This document shows positions 15,773 through 25,211 of a DNA stretch of 38,928 nt, one piece after another. Position 1 is the first letter of the stretch. Each line of letters begins with the position of its first letter. Made by a program: the position numbers and the translations under genes. The DNA is taken from sequence record SRR2962707_4497. The stretch is one strand, 5' to 3'. A model generated the notes under the pieces. The model saw only the letters and a list, made by a program, of their open reading frames with translations, ran no database searches and was not told the origin of the DNA.

Positions 15773-17751
15773 TCGTGGAGCTTGGCCATTTCGCGCTGGT
15801 GCTCGCGCTCGGCGTTTCGCTGGTTCAAATGGCTGTGCCTGCTATCGGCGCGCATCGCCGCGAAGCGCCGCTCATGCGTGTCGCCGAGCCCGCCGCGCTC
15901 CTGCAATTTGCGCTGATCACGCTCGCCTTCGCTGCGCTCACTTATGCTTTCGTGGTTTCCGACTTCTCAGTGAAGCTCGTCTACGACAATTCCCATTCCG
16001 CGAAACCGCTGATCTACAAGGTGAGCGGCGTCTGGGGCAATCACGAGGGCTCCATGGTCCTCTGGGTGCTGATTCTCGCGCTGTTCGGCGCGCTGGTCGC
16101 GCTCTTCGGCAACAACCTGCCGGACACGCTGCGCGCCCGCGTCCTCGCCGTTCAGGCGTCCATCGCCGTTGCCTTCCTTCTCTTCATTCTCCTGACCTCC
16201 AATCCCTTCCTCCGGCTCGACCCCGCGCCATTCGAGGGCCGAGGCTTGAACCCGATCCTCCAGGATCGTGCGCTCGCCTTCCACCCGCCGTGGCTCTATG
16301 CGGGCTATGTCGGCTTTTCCATGACCTTCTCCTTCGCCATCGCTGCGCTCATCGAAGGCCGCGTCGATGCAAGCTGGGCACGCTGGGTCCGGCCATGGAC
16401 GCTCGCCGCGTGGCTCTCGCTCACCATCGGCATCGCCATGGGCTCGTGGTGGGCCTACTACACGCTCGGCTGGGGCGGTTTCTGGTTCTGGGACCCGGTG
16501 GAGAATGCCTCTTTGATGCCGTGGATCGCGGGCACGGCGCTCCTCCATTCCGCCATCGTTGCGGAAAAGCGCGGCGCGCTGAAAAGCTGGACGATCCTCC
16601 TCGCCATCCTCGCCTTTTCGCTGTCGCTGCTCGGCACGTTCCTCGTGCGCTCGGGCGTTCTCACTTCCGTTCACGCTTTCGCCGTCGATCCTGCGCGCGG
16701 CAGCTTCATCCTCGGCATTCTCGTCGTCTTTGTCGGCGGCTCGCTCGCGCTTTATGCGTGGCGTGCACCGCTGCTAAAGGCGGGCGGCCTCTTCGCGCCG
16801 CTGAGCCGCGAATCCGCGCTGCTCATGAACAACATGCTGCTCGCCGCCGCCGTTGCCTCCGTCTTCATCGGCACGCTTTATCCGCTGCTGCTCGACGGAT
16901 TGACCGGCATGAAGATCACGGTCGGCCCGCCCTTCTTCAATTACACTTTCGTCCCGATCTTCGTGCCGCTGCTTTGCCTCGCGCCGCTCGGGCCGCTGCT
17001 CGGCTGGAAGCGCGCCGATGTGAAGGCCGCCGCCGAGCGCCTTCTCGCTGCTGCGGGGCTTGCGCTTGTCGCGTGCCTCGCGACTTTCGCCATCGTTCGG
17101 GATGGGCCGTGGCTCGCGCCGTTCGGCATGGCGCTGGCCGTCTGGCTGGTGGCGGGCGCCGCCTCCGAGATCGCATGGCGCATCAAGCTCTTCTCGACAC
17201 CGCTTGCCGAAAGCCTCGGCCGCGCGCGCCGTTTGCCCCGCGCCGCGTGGGGCACCGCGCTTGCGCATGGCGGCCTCGGCATCGTCGTTGCGGGCATTGT
17301 CGGTGTCACGGCATGGCGAGCTGAACTGATCACCTCGCTCGCGCCCGGCGAAAGCGCGGAGATTGCTGGCTACACGCTGACGCTCGAACAAGTGGGCCTG
17401 CGCGACGGCCCGAACTATGAAGCGACGGTCGGCCTCATTCGCGTTGCGCGCGGTGGCCGTGAGCTCGGCGTTCTCACGCCGGAAAAGCGCCGCTTCCCGG
17501 CCGAACGGCAGGAAAAGACCGAAGCTGCCATCCGCACCAACGGCTTCGCCGATCTTTATGTCGTTCTCGGCGAGCGGGCAGGCGACGGTAAGTGGGTGCT
17601 GCGCGCCTATCACAACAGTCTCGCACCCTGGATTTGGATCGGCGGTGCCATCATGGCGCTTGGCGGCGCCATGTCGCTCATGGACCGGCGCCTGCGTGTC
17701 GGTGCGCCAACGGGTCCCCGCGCGCGGACCGCGCCCGCACCGGCGGAGTAG
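15769..17751 (+). CDS. ccmF: Heme lyase CcmF/CycK
   Basis: WGNHEGS, HPPWLYAGY, WWD motif WGGFWFWDPVENAS, SVHAFA. ATGA overlap with ccmE. Confidence 0.97.
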   Translation: MIVELGHFALVLALGVSLVQMAVPAIGAHRREAPLMRVAEPAALLQFALITLAFAALTYAFVVSDFSVKLVYDNSHSAKPLIYKVSGVWGNHEGSMVLWVLILALFGALVALFGNNLPDTLRARVLAVQASIAVAFLLFILLTSNPFLRLDPAPFEGRGLNPILQDRALAFHPPWLYAGYVGFSMTFSFAIAALIEGRVDASWARWVRPWTLAAWLSLTIGIAMGSWWAYYTLGWGGFWFWDPVENASLMPWIAGTALLHSAIVAEKRGALKSWTILLAILAFSLSLLGTFLVRSGVLTSVHAFAVDPARGSFILGILVVFVGGSLALYAWRAPLLKAGGLFAPLSRESALLMNNMLLAAAVASVFIGTLYPLLLDGLTGMKITVGPPFFNYTFVPIFVPLLCLAPLGPLLGWKRADVKAAAERLLAAAGLALVACLATFAIVRDGPWLAPFGMALAVWLVAGAASEIAWRIKLFSTPLAESLGRARRLPRAAWGTALAHGGLGIVVAGIVGVTAWRAELITSLAPGESAEIAGYTLTLEQVGLRDGPNYEATVGLIRVARGGRELGVLTPEKRRFPAERQEKTEAAIRTNGFADLYVVLGERAGDGKWVLRAYHNSLAPWIWIGGAIMALGGAMSLMDRRLRVGAPTGPRARTAPAPAE

Positions 17752-17755
17752 CGCC

Positions 17756-18226
17756 ATGCGTCGCCTCCTCGCCGCACTTCTGTTTTCCCTTGCCGTCGTC
17801 GCGCCTGCCTTGGCGCTGGTCGATCCCTCCGAGCGCCTCGCCGATCCCGCACAGGAAGAGCGCGCGCGGAACATCTCCAAAGACCTGCGCTGCCTCGTCT
17901 GTCAGAACCAGTCCATCGACGACTCGGATGCCGAGCTTGCAGGCGACCTCCGCCGCGTCGTCCGTGAGCGGATCGCCGCAGGCGATACGGACGAAGAGGT
18001 CTACGATTACGTGGTGGACCGCTACGGCGAATTCGTGCTCATGACCCCCCGTTTCGAGCCCGCCACCTGGGCGCTCTGGCTCGGCCCCGTCTTCTTTCTT
18101 CTGGCGGGGGCGGGTGTCGCCTTCCTCGTTCTGCGCCGCCATCGCGCCCGTTCCGGCGAGCCGGAACTGACCCCGGAAGAGGCAGCGCGAGTCGCTGCCC
18201 TTATGAAAGACGGCGGAAACCCCTGA
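17756..18226 (+). CDS. ccmH: Cytochrome c biogenesis protein CcmH/CycL
   Basis: Signal peptide, LRCLVCQNQSIDDSDA, RYGEFVL, C-terminal TM. Confidence 0.95.
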   Translation: MRRLLAALLFSLAVVAPALALVDPSERLADPAQEERARNISKDLRCLVCQNQSIDDSDAELAGDLRRVVRERIAAGDTDEEVYDYVVDRYGEFVLMTPRFEPATWALWLGPVFFLLAGAGVAFLVLRRHRARSGEPELTPEEAARVAALMKDGGNP

Positions 18227-18269
18227 CGGCTCCCCCTAGAGGCGCGCCGTCTTTTCGCCTTACTGATCT

Positions 18270-18318
18270 GTAATAATTCAGACATGATTTGGAAAGGGTT
18301 GGGACATGATCCTGACGC
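18270..18318 (+). promoter_or_regulatory. Phased direct-repeat array upstream of degP (candidate OmpR/CpxR-type binding sites)
   Basis: GTAAT (18270), GACAT (18281), GAAAG (18292), GACAT (18303), GACGC (18314) at exact 11-bp spacing. GACATGAT occurs twice, 22 bp apart. Confidence 0.45.
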
Positions 18319-18388
18319 CTGAGCATGCCGCCATCGCTCTTGAATGAAGACGCGGACGAAGCGGCGCAACGACACGGGAGTTCGAATA

Positions 18389-19870
18389 ATGCGGAACGGT
18401 CGGAACATTTCATGGCGCCGCTCGGCGCTGGCGCTCACCACGGCCGGCATCTTCGCCGCCGGTGTCTGGTCGGCAACCGCGCTCGCCGCACCTGCGCCGC
18501 TCGACACGCAGTCAGCGGCCCCGGCCGCGACCGCGCTTGAGCGCCTGCCGAGCTTCGCCGACCTTGTCGAGAAGGTGAACCCCGCCGTCGTCAGCATCCG
18601 TGTGGATGAGGAAGTCGCGGCGCAGGGCCCCGGCGCGATGCCGGACCTCCCGTTCCCGCCCGGCAGCCCGTTCGAAAAGTTCTTCCGCGACATGCAGCCC
18701 CAGGGCCCGGACGGTGCGCCGCGCCGCCGCCACGCAACGGCGCTCGGCTCCGGCTTTCTGATTTCCGCGGACGGCTTCATCGTCACCAATAATCACGTCG
18801 TCGGCGACGGCAAGGACATTACTGCCGTTCGCGAGGACGGCACGGAAATGAAGGCAAAGCTCATCGGTCGCGACCCGAAAACGGATCTCGCGCTCGTGAA
18901 GGTCGAGAGCAAGGAGCCGCTGCCTTACGTCGTCTTCGGCGATTCCGATGGCGTGCGTGTCGGCGACTGGGTGCTCGCGGTCGGCAATCCTTTCGGCCTT
19001 GGCGGCACCGTCACCACGGGCATCGTCTCGGCGCGTGGCCGCGAAATCGGTGCAGGCCCCTATGACGATTTCATCCAGATCGACGCCTCCATCAACAAGG
19101 GCAACTCCGGCGGCCCGACCTTCGACGTACAAGGCAATGTCGTTGGCGTGAACACCGCGATCTTCTCGCCCACGGGCGGCAGCGTCGGCATCGGCTTCGC
19201 AATCCCGTCTTCCATCGCGCAGAAGGTCATCGCGCAGCTCAAGAAAGACGGCAAGGTCACGCGCGGCTGGCTCGGCGTCACCATCCAGCAGGTGGACGAT
19301 GATCTCGCCGCCTCGCTCTCGCTCGACAAGGCGCGCGGCGCGCTCGTCGCGCAGGTCGCCGAAGACAGCCCCGCCGAAGATGCAGGCATCAAGACGGGTG
19401 ACGTGGTTCTCAATGTGAACGGCAAGGAAATGGAAGATGTCCGCGCGGTCAGCCGCACGGTCGCCGACCTCGAGCCCGAGACCGATGCGGAGATCGTCGT
19501 GTGGCGGGACGGGCGCCGCAAGACGATCGATGTCGAAATCGGCACGTTCCCCGAGAACCTCGAAGTGGCCGCGGCCGCGCCGTCAGAAGGCAAGCCGGAA
19601 GCAGGCACCACCGAAAGCCTCGGCCTTGCGCTCGCCGAAACGCCGGACGGCGTTGTGGTGCGCAGCGTCGACCCCGCGAGCGACGCCGCCGAGAAAGGCG
19701 TCCGCCCCGGCGATGTCATCGTCAAGGTGTCTGGCCGCGACGTGAAGAAGCCGGCCGATGTCGTGAAGGGTGTCGAGGAAGCGAGCAAGGCCGACAAGAA
19801 CTCGGTGCTTCTCCTCCTGCGCACCGAAGAGCAGCAGCGTTTCGTCGCGCTGACGCTCGAAAAGTCTTAA
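18389..19870 (+). CDS. degP: Periplasmic Do/HtrA serine protease with two PDZ domains
   Basis: Signal peptide, catalytic triad motifs TNNHVV, DLALVK and GNSGGP, RGWLGV PDZ1 and a second PDZ. Confidence 0.93.
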   Translation: MRNGRNISWRRSALALTTAGIFAAGVWSATALAAPAPLDTQSAAPAATALERLPSFADLVEKVNPAVVSIRVDEEVAAQGPGAMPDLPFPPGSPFEKFFRDMQPQGPDGAPRRRHATALGSGFLISADGFIVTNNHVVGDGKDITAVREDGTEMKAKLIGRDPKTDLALVKVESKEPLPYVVFGDSDGVRVGDWVLAVGNPFGLGGTVTTGIVSARGREIGAGPYDDFIQIDASINKGNSGGPTFDVQGNVVGVNTAIFSPTGGSVGIGFAIPSSIAQKVIAQLKKDGKVTRGWLGVTIQQVDDDLAASLSLDKARGALVAQVAEDSPAEDAGIKTGDVVLNVNGKEMEDVRAVSRTVADLEPETDAEIVVWRDGRRKTIDVEIGTFPENLEVAAAAPSEGKPEAGTTESLGLALAETPDGVVVRSVDPASDAAEKGVRPGDVIVKVSGRDVKKPADVVKGVEEASKADKNSVLLLLRTEEQQRFVALTLEKS

Positions 19871-19906
19871 CCGCCGCGCGGAAGGCAAAGGGAGTTTTCG
19901 GAAACG

Positions 19907-20584
19907 ATGCGCATTCTTGTGATCGAAGACGACCTTGAAGCGGCGGCCTATGTCGTGAAAGGCCTCCGTGAAAGCGGCCACATCGTCGATCATGCGGCGG
20001 ATGGCGAGGAAGGGCTCACGCTCGCACTTTCGAGCACAGTCGATGTCATGATCGTCGACCGCATGTTGCCGAAGCGCGACGGCCTCAGCGTCGTGGAGAC
20101 AATACGCGAGGAGGGCGTTCGCACGCCCGTCCTTTTCCTCTCGGCGCTCGGCGAGGTGGATGATCGCATCAAGGGCCTGAAGGCAGGTGGCGACGACTAC
20201 CTGACGAAGCCTTACGCCTTTGCCGAACTCCTCGCCCGCATCGAGGTGCTGGTCCGCCGGGCAAACCCGGATCAGGTTCGCACGCGGCTTCAGGTCGGCA
20301 ATCTCGAAATCGACCTCCTCGCCCGCAAGGTCATCCGCGAGGGGACGGAAATCGACCTCCAGCCACGCGAATTCCGCCTCCTTGAATACCTCATGAAGCA
20401 TGCCGGTCAGGTCGTCACCCGGACCATGCTGCTCGAAAATGTCTGGGAATATCATTTCGACCCGCAAACCAACGTGATCGACGTCCATATTTCTCGGCTC
20501 CGGGCCAAGATCGACAAGAATTTCGAGCAGCCGCTCTTGCACACCGTGCGGGGTGCGGGATACTCGCTGCGTGCCGCTGATTAA
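19907..20584 (+). CDS. OmpR-family response regulator (position of S. meliloti ActJ-type regulator)
   Basis: MRILVIEDD, DRMLP phospho-Asp, KPY, winged helix VWEYHFDPQTNVIDVHISRLR. Confidence 0.92.
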   Translation: MRILVIEDDLEAAAYVVKGLRESGHIVDHAADGEEGLTLALSSTVDVMIVDRMLPKRDGLSVVETIREEGVRTPVLFLSALGEVDDRIKGLKAGGDDYLTKPYAFAELLARIEVLVRRANPDQVRTRLQVGNLEIDLLARKVIREGTEIDLQPREFRLLEYLMKHAGQVVTRTMLLENVWEYHFDPQTNVIDVHISRLRAKIDKNFEQPLLHTVRGAGYSLRAAD

Positions 20585-21971
20585 ACTCCTCAAGACCTCG
20601 ACCTTCCGGCTCGCGGTCATTTACCTCGCCCTGTTCGCCGCCTCGGCGATCACGTTGCTGGCCTATGTCTATTGGAATACGGCGGGCTTCCTCGCCCGCC
20701 AGACCGACGAGGCCGTGGAAGTCGAGATTGCGGGGCTTGCGGAACAATACCGGCAGGGCGGCCTGCCGCTGCTCGTACACACCGTCATCCAGCGTTCGCG
20801 CGATCCGGGCCAGAGCCTCTATCTCGTGCTCGATCCGGCGGGCCGTGTTCTCGCCGGAACGCTCGACGGCCGCCCGCAGGTCGAGCCCGGCCCCGATGGC
20901 TGGTTCGACTTTACCTACAACCGCAAGATGCTCGACGGCACGGAGGTAAAGGCGGCGCGCGCGCGCGCCTTCTTCCTGCAGGAAGGATTTTATCTTCTCG
21001 TCGGCCGCGACGTGCAGGAACGGCGCGAGATCGAGAACCTCATCACCAACGCGCTGATCTGGGCCATCGGAATGACGCTCGCACTCGGTCTTGCCGGTGG
21101 TCTTTTCATGAGCCGAAACATGCTGGCGCGTGTCGACGAGATCAACCGGTCGAGCCGCGACATCATGGAAGGTGACCTCTCGCAGCGCCTGCCGATTGCG
21201 GGCACGGGCGACGAACTCGATCAGCTCGGGCGAAATCTGAATGCCATGCTCGACCAGATCGAGGCACTGATGACGGGCATGCGCCAGGTAACGGACAATG
21301 TCGCGCATGATCTGCGCAGCCCGTTGAACCGGCTGCGAAACCGCCTTGAAGTCACGCTGATGAAGGAAGCCTCCGCCGAGGATTACAAACACGCGCTCGA
21401 AAAAACCATCGCCGAGGCGGATGGTCTTCTCGGCACTTTCAACGCGCTCCTCATGATCGCGCGCGCCGAAGCGGGCTCGCTCCGCGACTCCATGACCTGG
21501 GTCGATTTGAGCGCGACGCTGCAGGACGCCGCCGAACTATACGAGCCGCTCGCCGAAGAAAACGATCTCGCAATTGAGATTGCCGCACCTGAAGGCCTGA
21601 CGATCTGGGGCAATCGCGAACTCCTGTCGCAGGCGATTGCCAATCTTCTCGACAACGCAATCAAGCATGGTCTTCCCCAGACGGGAAACGCGGCGCGCGT
21701 CATCGAAATGTCCGCCGCGCCCGATCCGGCCCGCTCCGGGCGCGGCGTCATTCTCTCCGTCGCCGATCATGGTCCCGGTATTCCCGAGAGCGAACGCCAC
21801 CACGTGCTTGAGCGCTTCGTTCGGTTGGAGGCAAGCCGCAACACGCCGGGCTCCGGCCTCGGCCTCAGCCTCGTCGCCGCTGTCGCGAGACTTCATGGCG
21901 GCAGCACGGAAATGGCCGACAACGACCCAGGGCTGAAGGTGATGCTTTTCCTCCCCGTTTCGGGGCGTTGA
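20571..21971 (+). CDS. HAMP sensor histidine kinase cognate to the upstream RR (ActK-type position)
   Basis: GTG overlaps the RR stop. Two TM, HAMP, NVAHDLRSPL, NLLDNAIKH, DHGPG, GSGLGL. Confidence 0.92.
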   Translation: MPLIKLLKTSTFRLAVIYLALFAASAITLLAYVYWNTAGFLARQTDEAVEVEIAGLAEQYRQGGLPLLVHTVIQRSRDPGQSLYLVLDPAGRVLAGTLDGRPQVEPGPDGWFDFTYNRKMLDGTEVKAARARAFFLQEGFYLLVGRDVQERREIENLITNALIWAIGMTLALGLAGGLFMSRNMLARVDEINRSSRDIMEGDLSQRLPIAGTGDELDQLGRNLNAMLDQIEALMTGMRQVTDNVAHDLRSPLNRLRNRLEVTLMKEASAEDYKHALEKTIAEADGLLGTFNALLMIARAEAGSLRDSMTWVDLSATLQDAAELYEPLAEENDLAIEIAAPEGLTIWGNRELLSQAIANLLDNAIKHGLPQTGNAARVIEMSAAPDPARSGRGVILSVADHGPGIPESERHHVLERFVRLEASRNTPGSGLGLSLVAAVARLHGGSTEMADNDPGLKVMLFLPVSGR

Positions 21972-22019
21972 TGTCCCGCGGAATCTGCTAGGCTGCGCGC
22001 CGTTTCGGAAGGAGAGGCC

Positions 22020-24983
22020 GTGCCGATATTCGGGTCGAAGGAAAATGCCGGAAAGCAGCTCCGCGATTGGGCGGCAAAGGCGCCCCCGCCTTATGATGCC
22101 GCTCGCGTCGCTCGCGAAATGGAAGACCTTGAGGCCGCTGTTGCCCGCCTGGAAGACACCGCCGCCGCCTCGCTTCTGAAGGACAAGGGCGTTCGCCACC
22201 TTTCAGCCTCGCTCTTCGGCAATTCCCCGTTCCTGGGCCGTATTCTGCGTCTTCATCCAGACTGGTTGCCGCGTCTTCTCGACCGTGCGCCGGAGGAAGC
22301 ACTCGCCGATCTCCTTTCCCGCGTCGCCGCCGCGCGCGACCTCGACAAGCAGGCGGATGTCATGTCGGCGCTGCGCCTCGCGAAGTCGGAAGCGGCGCTG
22401 CTGATCGCGATTGCGGACATAACCGGAGCATGGCCGCTCGAACAGGTGACGGAAGCGCTCTCCGCCTTTGCCGATAGCACCGTCGAAAGTTCCATCATCT
22501 GGCTCCTCCGCAACGCCGCAACGCGTGGGCAGGTTTTGCGCGCGCCGGATGAAGTATCGCCGGAGGGGTCCGGCCTCGTCATTCTCGGCATGGGCAAATA
22601 CGGTTCCCGGGAGCTCAATTATTCAAGCGACATCGACCTCGTCGTCTTCTATGAGCCGGGTGAACTCCCCCTGAAGGACGGGCTCGACCACGGCGAGTTT
22701 TTCGTCCGCCTCACGAAAGACCTCGTGAAGATGCTGCAGGAGCGCACGGCGGACGGTTATGTCTTCCGCACCGACCTCCGCCTACGTCCCGATCCCGGCG
22801 GTACGCCCGTCGCGGTCTCGCTTCCCGCCGCCGAAAGTTACTACGAGAGCCGAGGCCAGAATTGGGAGCGTGCCGCTTTCATCAAGGCACGCCCCGTTGC
22901 AGGCGACATGGCCGCGGGAGAGCGCCTACTGAAAACACTGTTGCCCTACATCTGGCGCCGAAATCTCGACTTCGCCGCCATCGACGACATCCATTCCATG
23001 AAGCGCCAGATCCATGCCGTCGGCGGTCATGGCGTCATCGCCGTCGCGGGCCACAACATCAAGCTCGGGCGGGGCGGCATCCGCGAAATTGAATTCTTCG
23101 TCCAGACCCAGCAATTGATCGCGGGCGGCCGCGACTACGATCTGCGTGGCAAGCAGACCTGCCTGATGCTGGATCAGCTTGCCGAAAAGAAATGGATTGC
23201 GCCCGAGACGGCGGAGGAACTGAAGGAAGCCTACCGTTTCCTCCGCACGCTCGAGCATCGCCTTCAGATGATCGAGGATGAGCAGACGCATTCGCTCCCC
23301 ACCACCGACGCGGACCTCGATCACGTCGCCTGCTTCATGGGTTTTGAGAATCTGAAATCGTTTTCCGCCGCGCTGACGAAACGCCTTGAATGCGTGCGCG
23401 ATCACTACGCGAAGCTGTTCGAAACCGCACCGCCCTTGAGCGAGGAGCGCGGCAGCCTCGTCTTCACCGGCACCGAAGACGACCCAGACACGCTGAAGAC
23501 GCTCGGCGAACTGGGCTTCCGCAAGGTATCCGAAATGTCGGAGACCATTCGCGGATGGCATTCGGGCCGCTTCGCCGCCACGCGCTCGCCGCGCTCGCGC
23601 GAACTGCTGACAAGCCTCATGCCCGCGCTGCTCCGCGCGCTCTCGCGGACCGTCAACCCCGATGCGGCCTTCGACCGCTTCGACCGTTTTCTCACCGGGC
23701 TTCCCGCGGGCGTGCAGCTCTTTTCGATGCTCTATTCGAACCCGCATCTCCTCGATCTGCTCGCGGGCATTTGCGGCACGGCGCCGCGCCTTGCGACTTA
23801 CCTGAGCCAGAACCCGCGCGTTCTTGAAGCGGTGGTCGATCCCGACTTCTTCAAGGTGTTGCCGGGCCGTGACGAACTGAACCGGAGCCTCAGCGAAGAG
23901 CTGACCCACGCCGAGGACTACCAGGACACGCTCGACTTCGCGCGCATCTGGGCGAGGGAATATCGGTTCCGTCTTGGCGTCCGCGTTTTGTCGGGCAGCG
24001 CCGATGCGGAAGAGGCGGGCCCTGCCTATGCCGCGCTTGCATCCGAACTTGTCGCCGCGCTCGCTCCTGTCGCGGAGGAGGGCATCGCCGCGAAGCATGG
24101 CCGCATCCCGCGCGGACGCTTTGTTGTCGTCGCCATGGGCAAGCTCGGCAGCGAGGAATTGAGCGCAAGCTCGGACCTCGACCTCATCATGATCTATGAC
24201 ACGCCTGACGCCGCTGTCATGTCGGACGGCGAGCGCCCGCTCTACGCTTCTCAATATTACGCCCGCGTTTGCCAGCAACTCATCAACGCGCTCACAGCGC
24301 CGACAGCGGAGGGCAAGCTCTACGAAGTCGACATGCGGCTGCGTCCCTCCGGCAACGCCGGGCCGATCGCGACGGCCTTCGACAGTTTTGTCGCCTATCA
24401 GGAAACCGAAGCATGGACATGGGAACGCATGGCGCTGACCCGCGCCCGCGTGATCGCCGGGCCCGATGAACTGAAGACGCGCGTCGAAGAAGCGATAGCG
24501 CATGCGCTCGACCAGCCGCGCGACATGAAGGAAATCGCCACCGATGTCGCCGATATGCGTGCCCGCATCGCGAAAGAGAGGGTGAGCAGTAATCTCTGGG
24601 AGTTGAAACATGTGCGCGGCGGCCTCGTCGACATCGAGTTCATCTGCCAGTACCTGCAGCTCGCTCACGGCCACGCTCATCCCGGCATACGCAACACGCA
24701 TACACGCACAGCGCTTGCCCGCATCGCCGATGCCGGTCTCGTCGCGCCTGAAACGGCGGACATGCTCGTTCGCGCCATCGCCCTCAATCACAATCTCACC
24801 CAGGTGATCCGCGTCTGCATCGAAGGCGTGTTTGATCCTGTCGAAGCGCCGAGCGGCCTGAAGTCGCTTCTCGCCCGCGCGGGCGACGCGCCGGACTTCG
24901 CCGCCCTTGAGGCCGATCTCGCCGAGAGCCAGCGCAAGGTCCGCGAAGCCTTCCAGAGCATCGTCACCGCAGCCGCTGGCTGA
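22020..24983 (+). CDS. glnE: Bifunctional glutamine synthetase adenylyltransferase/adenylyl-removing enzyme
   Basis: Two nucleotidyltransferase domains: GMGKYGSRELNYSSDIDL..RTDLRLRPDP and AMGKLGSEELSASSDLDL..EVDMRLRPSG. Also KLGRGGIREIEF. Confidence 0.96.
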   Translation: MPIFGSKENAGKQLRDWAAKAPPPYDAARVAREMEDLEAAVARLEDTAAASLLKDKGVRHLSASLFGNSPFLGRILRLHPDWLPRLLDRAPEEALADLLSRVAAARDLDKQADVMSALRLAKSEAALLIAIADITGAWPLEQVTEALSAFADSTVESSIIWLLRNAATRGQVLRAPDEVSPEGSGLVILGMGKYGSRELNYSSDIDLVVFYEPGELPLKDGLDHGEFFVRLTKDLVKMLQERTADGYVFRTDLRLRPDPGGTPVAVSLPAAESYYESRGQNWERAAFIKARPVAGDMAAGERLLKTLLPYIWRRNLDFAAIDDIHSMKRQIHAVGGHGVIAVAGHNIKLGRGGIREIEFFVQTQQLIAGGRDYDLRGKQTCLMLDQLAEKKWIAPETAEELKEAYRFLRTLEHRLQMIEDEQTHSLPTTDADLDHVACFMGFENLKSFSAALTKRLECVRDHYAKLFETAPPLSEERGSLVFTGTEDDPDTLKTLGELGFRKVSEMSETIRGWHSGRFAATRSPRSRELLTSLMPALLRALSRTVNPDAAFDRFDRFLTGLPAGVQLFSMLYSNPHLLDLLAGICGTAPRLATYLSQNPRVLEAVVDPDFFKVLPGRDELNRSLSEELTHAEDYQDTLDFARIWAREYRFRLGVRVLSGSADAEEAGPAYAALASELVAALAPVAEEGIAAKHGRIPRGRFVVVAMGKLGSEELSASSDLDLIMIYDTPDAAVMSDGERPLYASQYYARVCQQLINALTAPTAEGKLYEVDMRLRPSGNAGPIATAFDSFVAYQETEAWTWERMALTRARVIAGPDELKTRVEEAIAHALDQPRDMKEIATDVADMRARIAKERVSSNLWELKHVRGGLVDIEFICQYLQLAHGHAHPGIRNTHTRTALARIADAGLVAPETADMLVRAIALNHNLTQVIRVCIEGVFDPVEAPSGLKSLLARAGDAPDFAALEADLAESQRKVREAFQSIVTAAAG

Positions 24984-25211
24984 AGACTTGCACCTCCCGT
25001 TTGCCGGCCGGGGTGCTGGTGCGTTTACCGTGTTTTATCGGTGCGCATCGAAAGCAAGACAATCCCCGGACATTCTTGGTTAACGCGCGGGTTCTCTCCG
25101 GTAGTGCCCGTGCTTCTGCACCGCGCGACACGTGTCAATTCGGCACGTTTCGGGTAGGTAAGGCATGGGGGGAATCCCATGCCGGGCAGGTTGTGTGTGG
25201 AGTAAGGACGC

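Noticed and set aside
22926-24791. 621-aa minus-strand ORF
   Set aside because: Antisense to glnE, with no recognisable domain.
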